64,000 nucleotides of DNA from Alphaproteobacteria bacterium (lineage in GTDB: Bacteria; Pseudomonadota; Alphaproteobacteria; UBA828), in NCBI GenBank assembly GCA_965214705.1, contig CBDCCI010000002.1:1504001-1568000 (forward strand). Direction: 5' to 3'. Position numbers and translations under genes: made by a program. The notes under the pieces were generated by a model. The model was not told where the DNA came from. It did no database searches and saw only the letters and a program-made list of their open reading frames with translations. Below, one piece after another: positions 21,084 to 29,891 of this stretch (its first letter is position 1; the number at the start of each line of letters is the position of its first letter).

Positions 21084-23606
21084 CTATTCCACTCGCAGGA
21101 GGGGCGCGGCCTTGCGGCCGAGCGCGCGCCATGTGCTCGCGAATCCGAGAACGAGCGTCATGGTTATACAGGCTGCGGCGGTCACGGCCACATATTCGGG
21201 CAGGAAGCGCCATTGCAGGTCGAGCACCTGGGTCACGAAGGCCCAGGCGGCCAACGTGCCGATGCCGATGGCGAGCCCGGCGATGGCGCAGCCGAGCAGG
21301 ATGTGCTCGGCGAGGAAGGCACGCAGCAGGTCGCCACGCCGGGCGCCCAGCACCTTGAAGACCACGGCGTCGTGGACCCGGCGCTCGTGGCCGGCAGCGG
21401 TCGCGCCCGCCAGCACCAGCAGGCCCGCGGCAACCGTCAGTCCGGCCACCGCCTGAATCGCCGCGCCGACTCGCCCCATGAGTTCGTCCAAGGCCTCGAT
21501 GATCGCGCGTATGGGGATCGCCGTGATGTTGGCGAAGCGCTCCGTTACCGCACGCTCGAGCACGGGTTCCGCCTCCGGTGTCGCGTGCGCGGTGGCAAGC
21601 TGCGTCTGCGGCGCTCCCTCCAGGACTCCGGGCGAGAATATCACGAGGAAGTTGATATCGAAGGCAGTCCAGTCGATCCGGCGCAGACTCGCGACCTCGG
21701 CCGTGAACTCGCGCCCGAGCACGTTGATGGAGAGGGTGTCGCCCAACTCCAGCCCGAAATCGAGCGCCTCCTCTTCGGCGAGCGAGACCAGCGGCGGCCC
21801 GTCGTAGTCGGCGGGCCACCATTCGCCCGCGACGATCTCCGCGTTGGGCGGCGCATCGGCGGCGTAGCTGAGGCCGATATCGCTCTGCACCACCCATTCC
21901 GAGCCCGGCGCGACCTTGGCGTCGCGCACCGGGACGCCGTCGATGCGGACGACTCGGCCGCGCAGCATCGGCACCCGACGGCCATAGTCGACGCCCGCAG
22001 TCTCTTCGATCAGCCGCTCGAACGGCGCGATCTGCTGCTTCTGGATATCGAGGAAGAAGAATGTCGGCCGCTCGTCGTTGCGCTGCTCGCTCAGCATCGC
22101 GCCGAGATTGCCCTCGACCAGCGCAATCGAGACCAGGACCGCGAGTCCGGTGCCCAAGGACATCGCGACGGGGACCGTGGGCGCCCCCGGCCGCGCCAGG
22201 TTGGCGAAGCCCAGCCTCAGCGCAGGGAGCCGCCGCGGGCGTGTGCGTCGCGCCAGGACGACCACCAGGGCCGCCGCCGCCCTGAAGATCGCAAGCGCCA
22301 CCGGCGCGCCCAGGACGAACCCCAGCGCGATGCTCATGCGGGGCGCGGTGCCGACGGCGATGCCGGCAAGCGCCAGCGCGGCCAGAGCCGTGCCCACGAT
22401 CGCCACAAGGGGCGGCCAGCCCGAGGCCGGCGCGGCGGCACCGCGAAAGAGCACACCGGGCCGGGTCCGGGCGGCGCGCCCGAGCGGCCAGAGCGAGAAG
22501 GCGAGCATGGTGAGCGCGCCATAGGCTGCGGCGAGGGCGAGCGGCGCCCCGTGGATCACGCCCGCCAGCGGCACCGGCAGCGTGTCGCCGAACAGGGCGG
22601 AGAGAACGGGCGGTGTCGCAGCGCCGAGGACCAGACCTGCCGCGATGGCCCCGAGCCCGAGAACGCCGAGCTGCAGCAGGAAGGCGCGCTGCACGGTGGC
22701 TTGCGTCGCGCCCACGCACTTGAGCGCCGCGATGGTGTGCAGCTTGCCGTGCAGATGGCTCGAGACGGCGCTGGCGACGCCAATTCCCCCGACCAGCAGG
22801 GCAGCGAGGCCCGCGAGGGTGAGGAACAGCCCGACCCGATCGAGCTGGCGCCGGAGCGACGGGTTGGCGTCGCGGGTATCGCGCAGCCGCCAGACCGCAT
22901 CGGGAAACGCCGTCTCAAGGCCCGCCACCCAGCCCGCGACGGCCGTGCCGTCGGGCACGAGCGCGCGGTAGCGGTGCCGTACAAGGGTGCCCGGCCGCAC
23001 CAGCTGTGTCTCTTGCAGCGACGCATGGTCCATCATCAGGCGGGGGCCGAGCGCGATGCCGCCGGTAAGCCGGTCGGGCTCGCGCAGGAGCACGCCGCGC
23101 ACCGTCAGGAGCGCCGCGCCGATCCGGACCCTGTCGCCAATGCCGATGCCGAGGCGGTCGAGCAATCCCTTGTCGACCGCAGCGCCCCCATCGGACAACG
23201 CGTCCGCGAGCGCCGTACCGTCCTCCAGGCGCGCGCGATCGACCAGCGGATAGGCGCCGTCCACCGCCTTGAGCTCGACCAGCGAGCGGTGCGCGCCGTC
23301 CTCGTCGCGGGCCATGCCGCGCATGGTGACGACATGCGAGAGGGCGGCGGTGTTCGCCTCCAGATAGGCCATCGCCTCCTGGGCGAGCGGTTGCGAGAAT
23401 TGGACCAGCTCGACATCGCCGCCCAGGATCATGCGGGCGTCGCGGGCGAGACCGGCCTTGAGCGCCTCGCCGAGCGAGCCGACGGCGGCGGTAATGCCGA
23501 CGCCCAGGATCAGACAGGCGAGGAAGACGCGAAAGCCGCGCACGCCGCCGCGCAGCTCGCGCCGGGCAATGCGCCAAGAGGCCGGCGCCTGAAAGGGCAG
23601 TACCAT
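21084..23606 (-). CDS. ABC transporter permease, YbbP/FtsX-like
   Basis: RIARRELRGG, LGGDVEL, IAALKCVGAT, PTFFFLDIQ, KVLGA. Confidence 0.92.
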   Translation of the reverse strand: MVLPFQAPASWRIARRELRGGVRGFRVFLACLILGVGITAAVGSLGEALKAGLARDARMILGGDVELVQFSQPLAQEAMAYLEANTAALSHVVTMRGMARDEDGAHRSLVELKAVDGAYPLVDRARLEDGTALADALSDGGAAVDKGLLDRLGIGIGDRVRIGAALLTVRGVLLREPDRLTGGIALGPRLMMDHASLQETQLVRPGTLVRHRYRALVPDGTAVAGWVAGLETAFPDAVWRLRDTRDANPSLRRQLDRVGLFLTLAGLAALLVGGIGVASAVSSHLHGKLHTIAALKCVGATQATVQRAFLLQLGVLGLGAIAAGLVLGAATPPVLSALFGDTLPVPLAGVIHGAPLALAAAYGALTMLAFSLWPLGRAARTRPGVLFRGAAAPASGWPPLVAIVGTALAALALAGIAVGTAPRMSIALGFVLGAPVALAIFRAAAALVVVLARRTRPRRLPALRLGFANLARPGAPTVPVAMSLGTGLAVLVSIALVEGNLGAMLSEQRNDERPTFFFLDIQKQQIAPFERLIEETAGVDYGRRVPMLRGRVVRIDGVPVRDAKVAPGSEWVVQSDIGLSYAADAPPNAEIVAGEWWPADYDGPPLVSLAEEEALDFGLELGDTLSINVLGREFTAEVASLRRIDWTAFDINFLVIFSPGVLEGAPQTQLATAHATPEAEPVLERAVTERFANITAIPIRAIIEALDELMGRVGAAIQAVAGLTVAAGLLVLAGATAAGHERRVHDAVVFKVLGARRGDLLRAFLAEHILLGCAIAGLAIGIGTLAAWAFVTQVLDLQWRFLPEYVAVTAAACITMTLVLGFASTWRALGRKAAPLLRVE

Positions 23607-23612
23607 CGGGCC

Positions 23613-24296
23613 TCAGCCCTCGGCGGGCGCCACGATCCGCCCGTCGGCGATATGCACCATGCGGTCGCAGCGCGCGGCGAGGTCGTGATCGTGGGTAACC
23701 AGGATCAGCGTCGAGCCCCCCACGGCGCGCATGCGGAAGAGCTCCCCCATCACCGCATCCCCGGTCTCGCCGTCGAGGTTGCCGGTGGGCTCGTCGGCGA
23801 GCAGCACGTCGGGCTGGGGCACGAAGGCCCGGGCAAGTGCGACGCGCTGCTGCTCGCCGCCGGAGAGCTGGCTCGGATAGTGCTGCAGGCACTCGCCGAG
23901 GCCGACGCTCTCCAGTGCCTCCCGCGCCGCGCCGAAGGGGTCGCCGTGGCTGCCGAGTTCCAGGGGCAGCGCGACATTCTCCAGTGCCGTCATGGTCGGG
24001 ATCAGGTGGAAGGCCTGAAACACGATGCCGACGGCGCTGCGCCGAAAGGCGGCGAGATCGCTCTCGCCCAGACCGCCGATGTCCGTGCCGCTCACGACGA
24101 CGCGGCCCTGGTCCGCCCGCTCCAGGCCCGCGATGATCGCGAGCAGGGTCGACTTGCCAGCGCCCGACGGCCCTAGCACGGCGATGCTCTCGCTTCGCTC
24201 CGCGGTGAGCGAGACGCCCCGCAGAATGTTGACGGGACCGGCCTTGCTGGTCAGGGTGAGGTGCACGTCATCCAGCACCACCGCCGGATCGCTCAT
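23613..24296 (-). CDS. ABC transporter ATP-binding protein, YbbA-like
   Basis: [30 protein letters not shown]. Confidence 0.93.
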   Translation of the reverse strand: MSDPAVVLDDVHLTLTSKAGPVNILRGVSLTAERSESIAVLGPSGAGKSTLLAIIAGLERADQGRVVVSGTDIGGLGESDLAAFRRSAVGIVFQAFHLIPTMTALENVALPLELGSHGDPFGAAREALESVGLGECLQHYPSQLSGGEQQRVALARAFVPQPDVLLADEPTGNLDGETGDAVMGELFRMRAVGGSTLILVTHDHDLAARCDRMVHIADGRIVAPAEG

Positions 24297-24954
24297 GTCA
24301 TCCCGCCGCTCCCCCGGCCGCGTCGTATCGTGGATCGGAGCCGCCTTGTGCGCGTGGCTCCTGCTGCTCGGCCCGGTGCCGGGCGCCGCCGGGGAGCCCC
24401 GAATCGCCGTGCTGGGCGACAGCCTGACCGCCGGCTTCGGCTTGCCGCAAGAGGACGCCTTCCCGGCAGGTCTGGAGGCCGCGCTCAGGGCCCAGGGCCA
24501 CGCCTGGCAGGTGATCGACGCCGGGGTCTCCGGCGATACCAGCGCCGGCGGGCTGGCGCGGCTCGACTGGGTGCTCGCCGACGAGCCGGAGGTCGTGATC
24601 GTCGAGCTCGGCGCCAACGACGGCCTGCGCGGACTGCCGACGGAGCAGATGGAGGCCAATCTCGACGCGATCCTGACTCGAACCCGCAACTCCGGATCGA
24701 CGGTGCTGCTCGCTGGCATGCGTGCGCCGGCCAACTTCGGCCCCGACTATGAAGCCGCGTTCCACGCCGTCTATGAGCGCCTCGCCGCCAGGCATGGGGT
24801 GGCGTTCTATCCGTTCTTCCTCGAGGGGGTGGCCATGGAGCCCGACCTCAACCAGACGGACGGCATTCATCCCAACGCGGCCGGCGTGGCCGAGATCGTG
24901 CGGCGCATCCTGCCCCATGTGGTGGCCGTCATCGCTCGGCACAAGGGCGGCTGA
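24295..24954 (+). CDS. tesA: Arylesterase / acyl-CoA thioesterase I (SGNH), TesA-like
   Basis: GDSL, AGVSGDT, GANDG, DGIHP; divergent overlap with ybbA as in the known tesA-ybbAP locus. Confidence 0.9.
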   Translation: MSSRRSPGRVVSWIGAALCAWLLLLGPVPGAAGEPRIAVLGDSLTAGFGLPQEDAFPAGLEAALRAQGHAWQVIDAGVSGDTSAGGLARLDWVLADEPEVVIVELGANDGLRGLPTEQMEANLDAILTRTRNSGSTVLLAGMRAPANFGPDYEAAFHAVYERLAARHGVAFYPFFLEGVAMEPDLNQTDGIHPNAAGVAEIVRRILPHVVAVIARHKGG

Positions 24955-24975
24955 AGAGCCAGGGGTAGTCGGCCG

Positions 24976-25527
24976 ATGATCCGCCTGTTCGTTGCTCTCG
25001 CGCTGCCGGAGGACGTGCGCCGCCGCATGGAGGGACTGCGCGGTGGACTGCCCGGCGCGCGCTGGCAAAGCGCGGAGCAGATGCACCTGACGCTGCGTTT
25101 CATCGGCGAGGTCGACGGCGGTGCTTTTCGCGAGATCGGGGACGCGCTCGCGGACATCGAAGCGGAGGCCTTCTCGCTGACGTTGGATGGAGTCGGGCAC
25201 TTCCCGCCGCGCGGGCGGGCGCGCATCGTCTGGGCTGGCGTGGTGCCGAACCCGGCGCTCGCGCACCTGCGCGAGCGCACCGAGGCCACCATCACCAGCC
25301 TCGGCTTCGAGCCCGACGGCCGCAACTATGCTCCGCACGTCACCCTCGCGCGCCTCACCTCGCGCGTGCCGGCCCACCGGATGCAAGACTTCGTCTCCTA
25401 CCACGGCATGTTCAACAGCGGGCCGTTCCCGGTGCGCTCGTTCGAGCTTTTCTCGAGCCATTTCGGCGCAGGCGGCGCGCATTACGAGATCGAGGCGAGC
25501 TACCCGCTGGCGGGCGCGGAAACCTAG
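24976..25527 (+). CDS. thpR: RNA 2',3'-cyclic phosphodiesterase (2H family)
   Basis: RLFVAL, HLTLRFIG, PHVTLAR. Confidence 0.92.
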   Translation: MIRLFVALALPEDVRRRMEGLRGGLPGARWQSAEQMHLTLRFIGEVDGGAFREIGDALADIEAEAFSLTLDGVGHFPPRGRARIVWAGVVPNPALAHLRERTEATITSLGFEPDGRNYAPHVTLARLTSRVPAHRMQDFVSYHGMFNSGPFPVRSFELFSSHFGAGGAHYEIEASYPLAGAET

Positions 25528-25557
25528 TCGTTGGCCGAGGCACCGGCGCGCGCCGCG

Positions 25558-25956
25558 TCATCCGGTTTCCTCGATCCGTTCCATGTCCTCGTCCGAAAGG
25601 CCGAAATGGTGGCCGATTTCGTGGATCAGCACGTGGCGGACCACGTCCTCCAGGCTGTTGCCGGTCTCGACCCAGTAGTCGAGGAGCGGCCGGCGGTAGA
25701 GGAAGATCAGGTCGACATCCTCGCGGATGTCGTGGACCCCGCTCTGGTCGAGGGAGACGCCCTGATAGAGGCCGAGCAGCTCGTAGGGGCTCTCAAGCTC
25801 CATTTCCTCCTGTACCTCGTCGCTGGGAAAGTCCACGACTTGGATCATCACCGGGTCGACCCTCTCGCGCATGAAGGCGGGAATCCGGCGGTATTCCCGA
25901 TCCGCGATCGACTCGATGTCCGCCGCGCTCGGCGCTTGGGTCTTCGCCCCGCTCAT
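25558..25956 (-). CDS. Minimal zincin-like metallopeptidase family protein
   Basis: LLGLYQG, LYRRPLL, HEIGHHFGLSD. Confidence 0.88.
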   Translation of the reverse strand: MSGAKTQAPSAADIESIADREYRRIPAFMRERVDPVMIQVVDFPSDEVQEEMELESPYELLGLYQGVSLDQSGVHDIREDVDLIFLYRRPLLDYWVETGNSLEDVVRHVLIHEIGHHFGLSDEDMERIEETG

Positions 25957-26060
25957 GACGGCAAGCCTAAGAGCAATTTGGTGTAAGCGGAACTAAGGTG
26001 CGTTGCGTCCCCGGCCCGAACGGGTGTGACAAGCCCCGATGCGCTGGCTCACGAATCAGC

Positions 26061-26089
26061 TTGCAGAGCCTATCCTGTGGGCATAGGTT
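26061..26089 (+). promoter_or_regulatory. Putative sigma70 promoter for the NYN leader RNA
   Basis: TTGCAG (26061-66), 17 bp, TAGGTT (26084-89). Confidence 0.5.
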
Positions 26090-26095
26090 TGCTTC

Positions 26096-26184
26096 AACAT
26101 AACCCATCGGACTACCGCCCAGACAGGGAGACACGGAGTCCGATTATCATCACCCCAGGGACGCCTCGCGCGTCCCTGTGTTTT
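26096..26184 (+). ncRNA. Putative ~90-nt structured leader RNA ending in an intrinsic terminator
   Basis: Stem ATCGGACT/AGTCCGAT (26106-13/26137-44) enclosing two AGACA copies; terminator CAGGGACGC/GCGTCCCTG + TGTTTT (26156-26184). Confidence 0.5.
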
Positions 26185-26196
26185 GTGGATTCCAAG

Positions 26197-26841
26197 ATGC
26201 CCAATGACGAGCCAGCTCCAGGGCCCCGCCATCGCGTGCGGGTGTTCGTTGACTTCTGGAATTTCACTCTCTCCATGCGGGATGCAGACGAGGCGTTCCG
26301 CACAGACTGGTCTCGGCTTGGACCGATACTTTCTCGCGCCGCGGCGACAGTCGTTGACGCCGCCGCCACAAGTGAATTTCAAGGACTGAATTTCTACGGC
26401 TCCTACGACCCGGTCAGCGAAGCAGACCGGAAACTTCACCGATGGGCGACGAGAGTGGTGGACACATTTCCCGGCGTGCGCGTGTCGATCGTTCCGCGTC
26501 AGAGGAGGCGTTCGCCGCCCGCGTGCCCCACCTGCCATGCGGCAGTGGCCGAGTGTCCTGCTTGCGGTGCCGATATGCGCGGCACCGAGGAGAAGGGCGT
26601 CGATGTCCGCATGGCAACGGACATGATCAGCCTTGCCTGGGTCGACAACTACGATGTCGCAGTTCTGGTCTCATCCGATCGCGACTTCGTGCCGGTAGCC
26701 GAGTTTCTCGAGACCAAGGGCATCAAGGTGATACACGGGGCTTTCCCGCCGAAGGGCGCGCAGTTGACCGCTCGATGCTGGGGAAGCATCGACATAGCCG
26801 GATTGCGGGAAGGGTTTCGCTTCGTCCGGCCTGAGTCCTGA
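26197..26841 (+). CDS. NYN (LabA/DUF88, PIN-like) ribonuclease with inserted zinc ribbon
   Basis: FVDFWN, EKGVDVRMATD, LVSSDRDFVP acidic catalytic motifs; CPTC-x5-CPAC insert. Confidence 0.88.
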   Translation: MPNDEPAPGPRHRVRVFVDFWNFTLSMRDADEAFRTDWSRLGPILSRAAATVVDAAATSEFQGLNFYGSYDPVSEADRKLHRWATRVVDTFPGVRVSIVPRQRRRSPPACPTCHAAVAECPACGADMRGTEEKGVDVRMATDMISLAWVDNYDVAVLVSSDRDFVPVAEFLETKGIKVIHGAFPPKGAQLTARCWGSIDIAGLREGFRFVRPES

Positions 26842-27065
26842 GGTGGCGACGCCCATTCGAAATGTCCGGCGGCTCGTTTAAGGTGCATTCGGGTTTTTCC
26901 GAGCAGCCTATCCTCCAATCAATCTGTCCGTTGGGCCGGTGGCGATGTGGGCAAAGCACGGGGTGGTTGCTTAAATCCGCCGTGGTAAAGAGAGTGCATG
27001 GCGCGTCGCCCAAGGGTGGGCGTGTCGTGTCGCGCTGCGTGGAGACCCAGAGGGAGGCCGGGACG

Positions 27066-27896
27066 GTGAGCAACAGAGAGGCGCTGCTGCGCGAACTGCG
27101 CGAGCAGGCGCTCGACATCCGTCGCAATACGTGGCGGGCGTTGCGTGCGGCGGGTTCCGGCCACATGGGGGGCTCGCTCTCCGTGGCCGATCTGCTGGCC
27201 GCACTCTACTTCCACTACCTCGACCTCCGGCCCGACGAGCCCGACTGGCCCGAGCGCGACCGCTTCGTGCTCTCCAAGGGGCACGCCAACACGGCGCTCG
27301 GCGCGGTGCTGGCCCAGGCGGGCTTCGTGGACGACGGCTTCATCGACACCTTCTACGCCTACGAATCGCGATTCGGCATGCACCCGGACATCAAGGTCCC
27401 CGGCATCGAGATGTGTACTGGCGCCCTCGGCCACGGCCTCTCCGTCGGGCTCGGCATGGCGCTCGGGTCCAGGCTGCAGGGCAAGGACTGGCGCACCGTG
27501 GTGATGCTGGGCGACGGCGAGCTGCAGGAAGGCTCGAACTGGGAGGCGGCCATGGCCGCCGCCCACCTGGCGCCGCTCCAGCTCACCGCCATCCTCGACT
27601 ACAACAAGGTGCAGCAGAGCGGCCATGTCGCCGAGATGCTGGGGCTGGAGCCGCTGGCGGACAAGTGGCGCACCTTCGGCTGGACCGTGCGCGAATGCGA
27701 CGGGCACGACATGGGAGAGATCGTCGATGCGCTTGACGCGCTGCCCGCCGCGCCCGACCGGCCCTCGCTGCTCATCGCCCACACGGTGAAGGGCAAGGGC
27801 GCGAGCTTCGCCGAGGACACCTACCTCTGGCACAACAACTTGGTGGGCGACGAGGTCTACGAGAAGGCCATGGCCGAGCTGGGAGAGCCCGCATGA
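27066..27896 (+). CDS. Transketolase, N-terminal (TPP-binding) subunit
   Basis: SGHMGGSLS, DRFVLSKGH, TGALGHG, GDGELQEG..N, TVKGKG; RBS GGGAGG. Confidence 0.92.
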   Translation: MSNREALLRELREQALDIRRNTWRALRAAGSGHMGGSLSVADLLAALYFHYLDLRPDEPDWPERDRFVLSKGHANTALGAVLAQAGFVDDGFIDTFYAYESRFGMHPDIKVPGIEMCTGALGHGLSVGLGMALGSRLQGKDWRTVVMLGDGELQEGSNWEAAMAAAHLAPLQLTAILDYNKVQQSGHVAEMLGLEPLADKWRTFGWTVRECDGHDMGEIVDALDALPAAPDRPSLLIAHTVKGKGASFAEDTYLWHNNLVGDEVYEKAMAELGEPA

Positions 27897-28873
27897 ATGC
27901 GCCCAAGCAGGGCAACGGGGCGGAGCCCGCCTGGGTCAAGGCGGCGGCCAACCAATCGCGATTGGCCTTCGGGCTTGCCGTGACCGAGCTCGGCCGGCGC
28001 GACGCGCGGGTGGTGGCGGTCGGCGCCGATACCCTCGACCTCATCGGGCTCAGGGGCTTCATCGAGCACGCGCCCGCGCGCGTCATCGACGTCGGCATCG
28101 CCGAGCAGAACGCCATGGGCGTGGCCGCAGGGCTCGCCACCACGGGGCTTCGCCCCTTCGTCTGCGGCTACGCGCCCTTCATCACCGCGCGCTCCATGGA
28201 GCAGATCCGCAACGAGGTCGCCTACGCCGATCAGCGCGTGGTGATCGGTGCGGCGGCGAGCGGGGTCTCGCTTGCGGTCTCCGGCGGCACGCATCATGCG
28301 CTGGAGGACCTCGCGCTGATGCGGAGCCTGCCCAACATGACGGTGCTGGTGCCGGCGGACGCCCACGAGGCGTGGCACGCGACGCTGGCGACCGATGAGA
28401 TCGACGGCCCCGCTTACATCCGCCTCGGCGGGCGCGTGCCGGAGCCCCCGGTGACGCCGGTCGATGCGCCCTTCGGCCTCGGCAAGGCCACGTGTCTCGC
28501 CGAGGGCTCGGACGTTGCCGTGATCGCCTGCGGGGCCCTGGTGGCGCCAGCCGTGGACGCGGCAAAGGAACTCGCCGAGCAGGGTGTCGGCGCGCGCGTC
28601 CTCAACATGTCCACCATCAAGCCGCTCGACGAGGATGCGATTCTCGCCGCTGCCGAGGAGACGCGCGGCATCGTCACCGCCGAGGAGCATCATCTGACCG
28701 GCGGGCTCGGCGGCGCGGTGGCGGAGCTGCTGGCGGTCAAGCGGCCCACGCCCATGCGCCTGGTCGGCATGCCCGACGAGTTCGCGGTCGTCGGCCCGAC
28801 CGATCGCATCCGCGCGCGCTACGGCATGAGCGCCCGGCACATCGTGGACGCCTGCCTCGATCTGTTGAGCTAG
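27893..28873 (+). CDS. Transketolase, C-terminal subunit
   Basis: GIAEQN, GGTHHALED, TIKPLD, EEH..GGLG; ATGA overlap. Confidence 0.92.
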   Translation: MNAPKQGNGAEPAWVKAAANQSRLAFGLAVTELGRRDARVVAVGADTLDLIGLRGFIEHAPARVIDVGIAEQNAMGVAAGLATTGLRPFVCGYAPFITARSMEQIRNEVAYADQRVVIGAAASGVSLAVSGGTHHALEDLALMRSLPNMTVLVPADAHEAWHATLATDEIDGPAYIRLGGRVPEPPVTPVDAPFGLGKATCLAEGSDVAVIACGALVAPAVDAAKELAEQGVGARVLNMSTIKPLDEDAILAAAEETRGIVTAEEHHLTGGLGGAVAELLAVKRPTPMRLVGMPDEFAVVGPTDRIRARYGMSARHIVDACLDLLS

Positions 28874-28917
28874 TGACCCGTTCCGGAAGTTTTCTATCCG
28901 TTTGCGCCGACCCCAAC

Positions 28918-29010
28918 TCGTCATGGCCGGGCTTGTCCCGGCCATCCATGGGTTCTTCGTGCAGCAGGGGCAGAGAACGTGGATGCCCGGATCAAGTCCG
29001 GGCATGACGA
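28918..29010. repeat. REP/RIME-like paired palindromic element
   Basis: TCGTCATGGCCGGGCTTGTCCCGGCCATCCA ... TGGATGCCCGGATCAAGTCCGGGCATGACGA: two inverted hairpin units. Confidence 0.8.
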
Positions 29011-29188
29011 TGAATTGGAAAACCGCGGTTGGAGAGATCGCTCACAGGCCAGACTGCGTGAGAATAGTATTTAGAAACAATATACTAGGGGTGTTTCTCT
29101 AAGCGAATTATGAGAGTTCAGCATCGGCGCTAGGGTCGAAGAGCGATGCGAAAGTTCGCATCTGTTTGCGTCATCAGGGAGATGGAAA

Positions 29189-29884
29189 ATGAAGCGAATT
29201 GCAGTTCTCGGTTTCACGCTGCTGATGGCCGGTTGCGGTGGCGGCGGTGGTGGTGGCGATATGGGGATGGTGGCCACGGACCCGGTTGAGCCCGCCGATG
29301 AATTCACGCTGAGCACCACGGGCGAATTTCGAGCTGTCCCGATCGATGGCACCGGAGATGCCTTCACGGCGGATTTCTACAAATGGGGGGTATGGGGAGG
29401 AGTCCTCAGAGATGACTATGTCACGTGTCAGGCCATCGGTTGTCCGCCCGCGGGCGACACGATCTTTTGGGCGCACCTGACCAGCGAGACCGATGGGACT
29501 GTCACTGCGACGGTGGACGGCACGCGGTCGGGAACCTCGCCGGTGAGCGGGGGTGCCGTGTGGAGCGGCGATGTCCACGCCTATGAGACGGAAGACGTTA
29601 TGACCTCCGGGGGAACGTCCGTCACGACTTACGCGCCGGTGGAAGGTGACGCCCGGCTGGAGGTCGATTTCACGGCCGTTACCGTCGATGTCGCTTTCAC
29701 GAACTTGGACAACAGCCAGGCAGACATGTCCTGGGACGGGCTCGCCGTGGACAACGGCGCGTTCGGCAGTGGAGCCGCGGGCATAGAGGGCTCGTTCTAT
29801 GGCGCGGACCACGAAGGCGCCGCCGGCACCTTCGCCCGCGACCGCCTTACGGGCGTGTTCGGCGCCCTCCGTTCTCTTGAGTAA
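29189..29884 (+). CDS. Surface lipoprotein with TbpB-like C-terminal beta-barrel; last codons supplied by IS110
   Basis: Lipobox LMAGC + poly-Gly; GSFYGADHEGAAGTF..GVFGALR. Confidence 0.8.
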   Translation: MKRIAVLGFTLLMAGCGGGGGGGDMGMVATDPVEPADEFTLSTTGEFRAVPIDGTGDAFTADFYKWGVWGGVLRDDYVTCQAIGCPPAGDTIFWAHLTSETDGTVTATVDGTRSGTSPVSGGAVWSGDVHAYETEDVMTSGGTSVTTYAPVEGDARLEVDFTAVTVDVAFTNLDNSQADMSWDGLAVDNGAFGSGAAGIEGSFYGADHEGAAGTFARDRLTGVFGALRSLE

Positions 29885-29891
29885 CTTCTCT

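Noticed and set aside
20142-24176. 1344-aa plus-strand ORF
   Set aside because: Antisense shadow of ybbP/ybbA and neighbours; no motifs; typical high-GC artefact
26026-26196. 57-aa N-terminal extension of the NYN ORF
   Set aside because: No SD at the GTG; the region holds promoter and terminator signals and the NYN fold starts after M at 26197. Not fully excluded without proteomics
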